IMG/VR virus record: IMGVR_UViG_3300025162_000024
Span: 1 to 64,000 of that record
DNA length: 64,000 nt
Direction: 5' to 3' (one strand)
Source: a virus
Each line of letters begins with the position of its first letter. The stretch's first letter is position 1. Position numbers and translations under genes: made by a program. Shown here piece by piece: positions 63,200 to 64,000 of the stretch. The notes under the pieces are model-generated. The model saw nothing but the letters and a program-made list of their open reading frames with translations, did not search any database and had not been told where the DNA came from.

Positions 63200-63508
63200 T
63201 TATCTGGGCAGGGCCAGGGCCGCTGCCAGTTTGCATCCTTGGTCGTGGCCCTCCTCCATGGGAAAGCCACACTCGGGGCAGAACGAACTTCCGTACTCGC
63301 CACACGCATCAAGCCCAGGCTGCCACTCCACTGCTTTCAAGGCCTTTTCCATCGCCCTGATCTTCTTGTCGGCCGTGTCCAGCATCCTCCTCAGGTCCGC
63401 AATCCTCTTCTGCTGGCCGACATCAGCCTCCTCCAGCAGCTGGAGCCTGGACCGGGCACAGCCACTGAAATGAAGGTCTCCACGGCATTTCATGTCACTC
63501 ATCTTCAA
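63200..63508 (-). CDS. Coiled-coil + CPECG...H..GC Zn-finger protein
   Basis: FCPECG...GHDQGCKLAAAL. Confidence 0.7.
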   Translation of the reverse strand: MKMSDMKCRGDLHFSGCARSRLQLLEEADVGQQKRIADLRRMLDTADKKIRAMEKALKAVEWQPGLDACGEYGSSFCPECGFPMEEGHDQGCKLAAALALPR

Positions 63509-63752
63509 ACTCCAGGCTAGTCATGTCATGATCGCAGGTAACCGAGGGGCTGGTCAGTGATTCTCCGGCCAAGGCTGCGTGGTACACCGCTCGCAGGTCC
63601 CTCTTCAGGTCTTTCATCTCTGTAGCAGACATCCCACTCTGGCCCTCAGCGTTCGCCACGGTACACGCCTTGATCAGCCCTTCCAGGACATCGAGCACCC
63701 CATAGGCCTTTACAGCCTCGTCAATGGCCACCCTAAGAAATGGACTTATCAT
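63495..63752 (-). CDS. Hypothetical protein
   Basis: GAGG SD before ATG 63752. Confidence 0.6.
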   Translation of the reverse strand: MISPFLRVAIDEAVKAYGVLDVLEGLIKACTVANAEGQSGMSATEMKDLKRDLRAVYHAALAGESLTSPSVTCDHDMTSLEFEDE

Positions 63753-63984
63753 GCTTCTTTCCTCTCCGGGCTTCCCGCTTCTCAGCGGCACTAAAGCTCA
63801 ACCATCGCTCTACCGCCTCTTTGAGACAGGCAGGGCACATCTTACGGGTCAGGTTGGGGTCTCCACCGGTTACTCGGACCACGGTAAAGCAGTGATTCTT
63901 GCACTTACAACAGATATGTCTCTGTCCGCGGCCCCTGGTTGGGTATGCCATGCTCGCCCACGGGGCTCTCTGTTCTTTGGCCAT
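63733..63984 (-). CDS. Zn-finger hypothetical protein
   Basis: CCKC...CPAC; AGGAG SD. Confidence 0.65.
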   Translation of the reverse strand: MAKEQRAPWASMAYPTRGRGQRHICCKCKNHCFTVVRVTGGDPNLTRKMCPACLKEAVERWLSFSAAEKREARRGKKHDKSIS

Positions 63985-64000
63985 GAGTCTCCTACCGGTT

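Larger units (their letters stand above)
1..64000 (-). mobile_element. Segment of a large tailed bacteriophage genome (virion module plus early/accessory genes)
   Basis: Densely packed, one-strand genes with ATGA/TAATG overlaps; capsid/protease/scaffold/portal-like cluster, fibre/spike genes, phage-type RNAP; no bacterial housekeeping context. Confidence 0.93.

Noticed and set aside
1-64000. Many long plus-strand ORFs (e.g. 12494..13810, 45715..46833, 43090..44010)
   Set aside because: They are antisense shadows of GC-rich minus-strand genes, Arg/His/Pro-rich with no motifs or SD
1-64000. Stop-codon reassignment (as in some large phages)
   Set aside because: TAG, TGA and TAA all end genes that are directly followed by new starts; long ORFs are intact in the standard code
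1-64000. CRISPR array, tRNA or rRNA genes
   Set aside because: No regularly spaced repeat-spacer run or cloverleaf was recognised by eye; intergenic gaps are short (tRNAscan not run)

Overview
The whole 64 kb window reads as one segment of a large, GC-rich (roughly 60%, estimated by eye) tailed-phage genome. Essentially every real gene is on the minus strand, and the plus-strand ORFs are shadows. In transcription order (64000 to 1) there is first a block of small early/accessory genes (~64000-47450: RlmN-like radical SAM, Dam-like methylase, HD hydrolase, YkgJ, DUF551, tandem-repeat proteins). A virion morphogenesis module follows (~47400-1): beta-helix spike, portal-like protein, many Gly/Ala-rich putative head-cargo proteins, and a phage multisubunit RNA polymerase split as beta fused to the beta' N-half plus a separate beta' C-half. 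After these come a prohead protease, scaffold, decoration protein, major capsid protein, a putative lysis cassette and LamG/fibre genes. Most notable are: (1) a candidate head-packaging/maturation code, in which a shared N-terminal leader (E-x-LGR-x-[LI][YF]RK[LM]A) and a pervasive K-x-A motif punctuate modular cargo proteins carrying a shared glycine-zipper hairpin or zincin domains; (2) the fused/split RNAP with a GADADGD active site; (3) a probable programmed +1 frameshift at CCC_TTT_C; (4) a set of -10-only, often leaderless promoters plus a candidate ~80-nt structured RNA. No tRNA, rRNA or CRISPR array was recognised. All assignments come from motif recognition by eye, with no database search.
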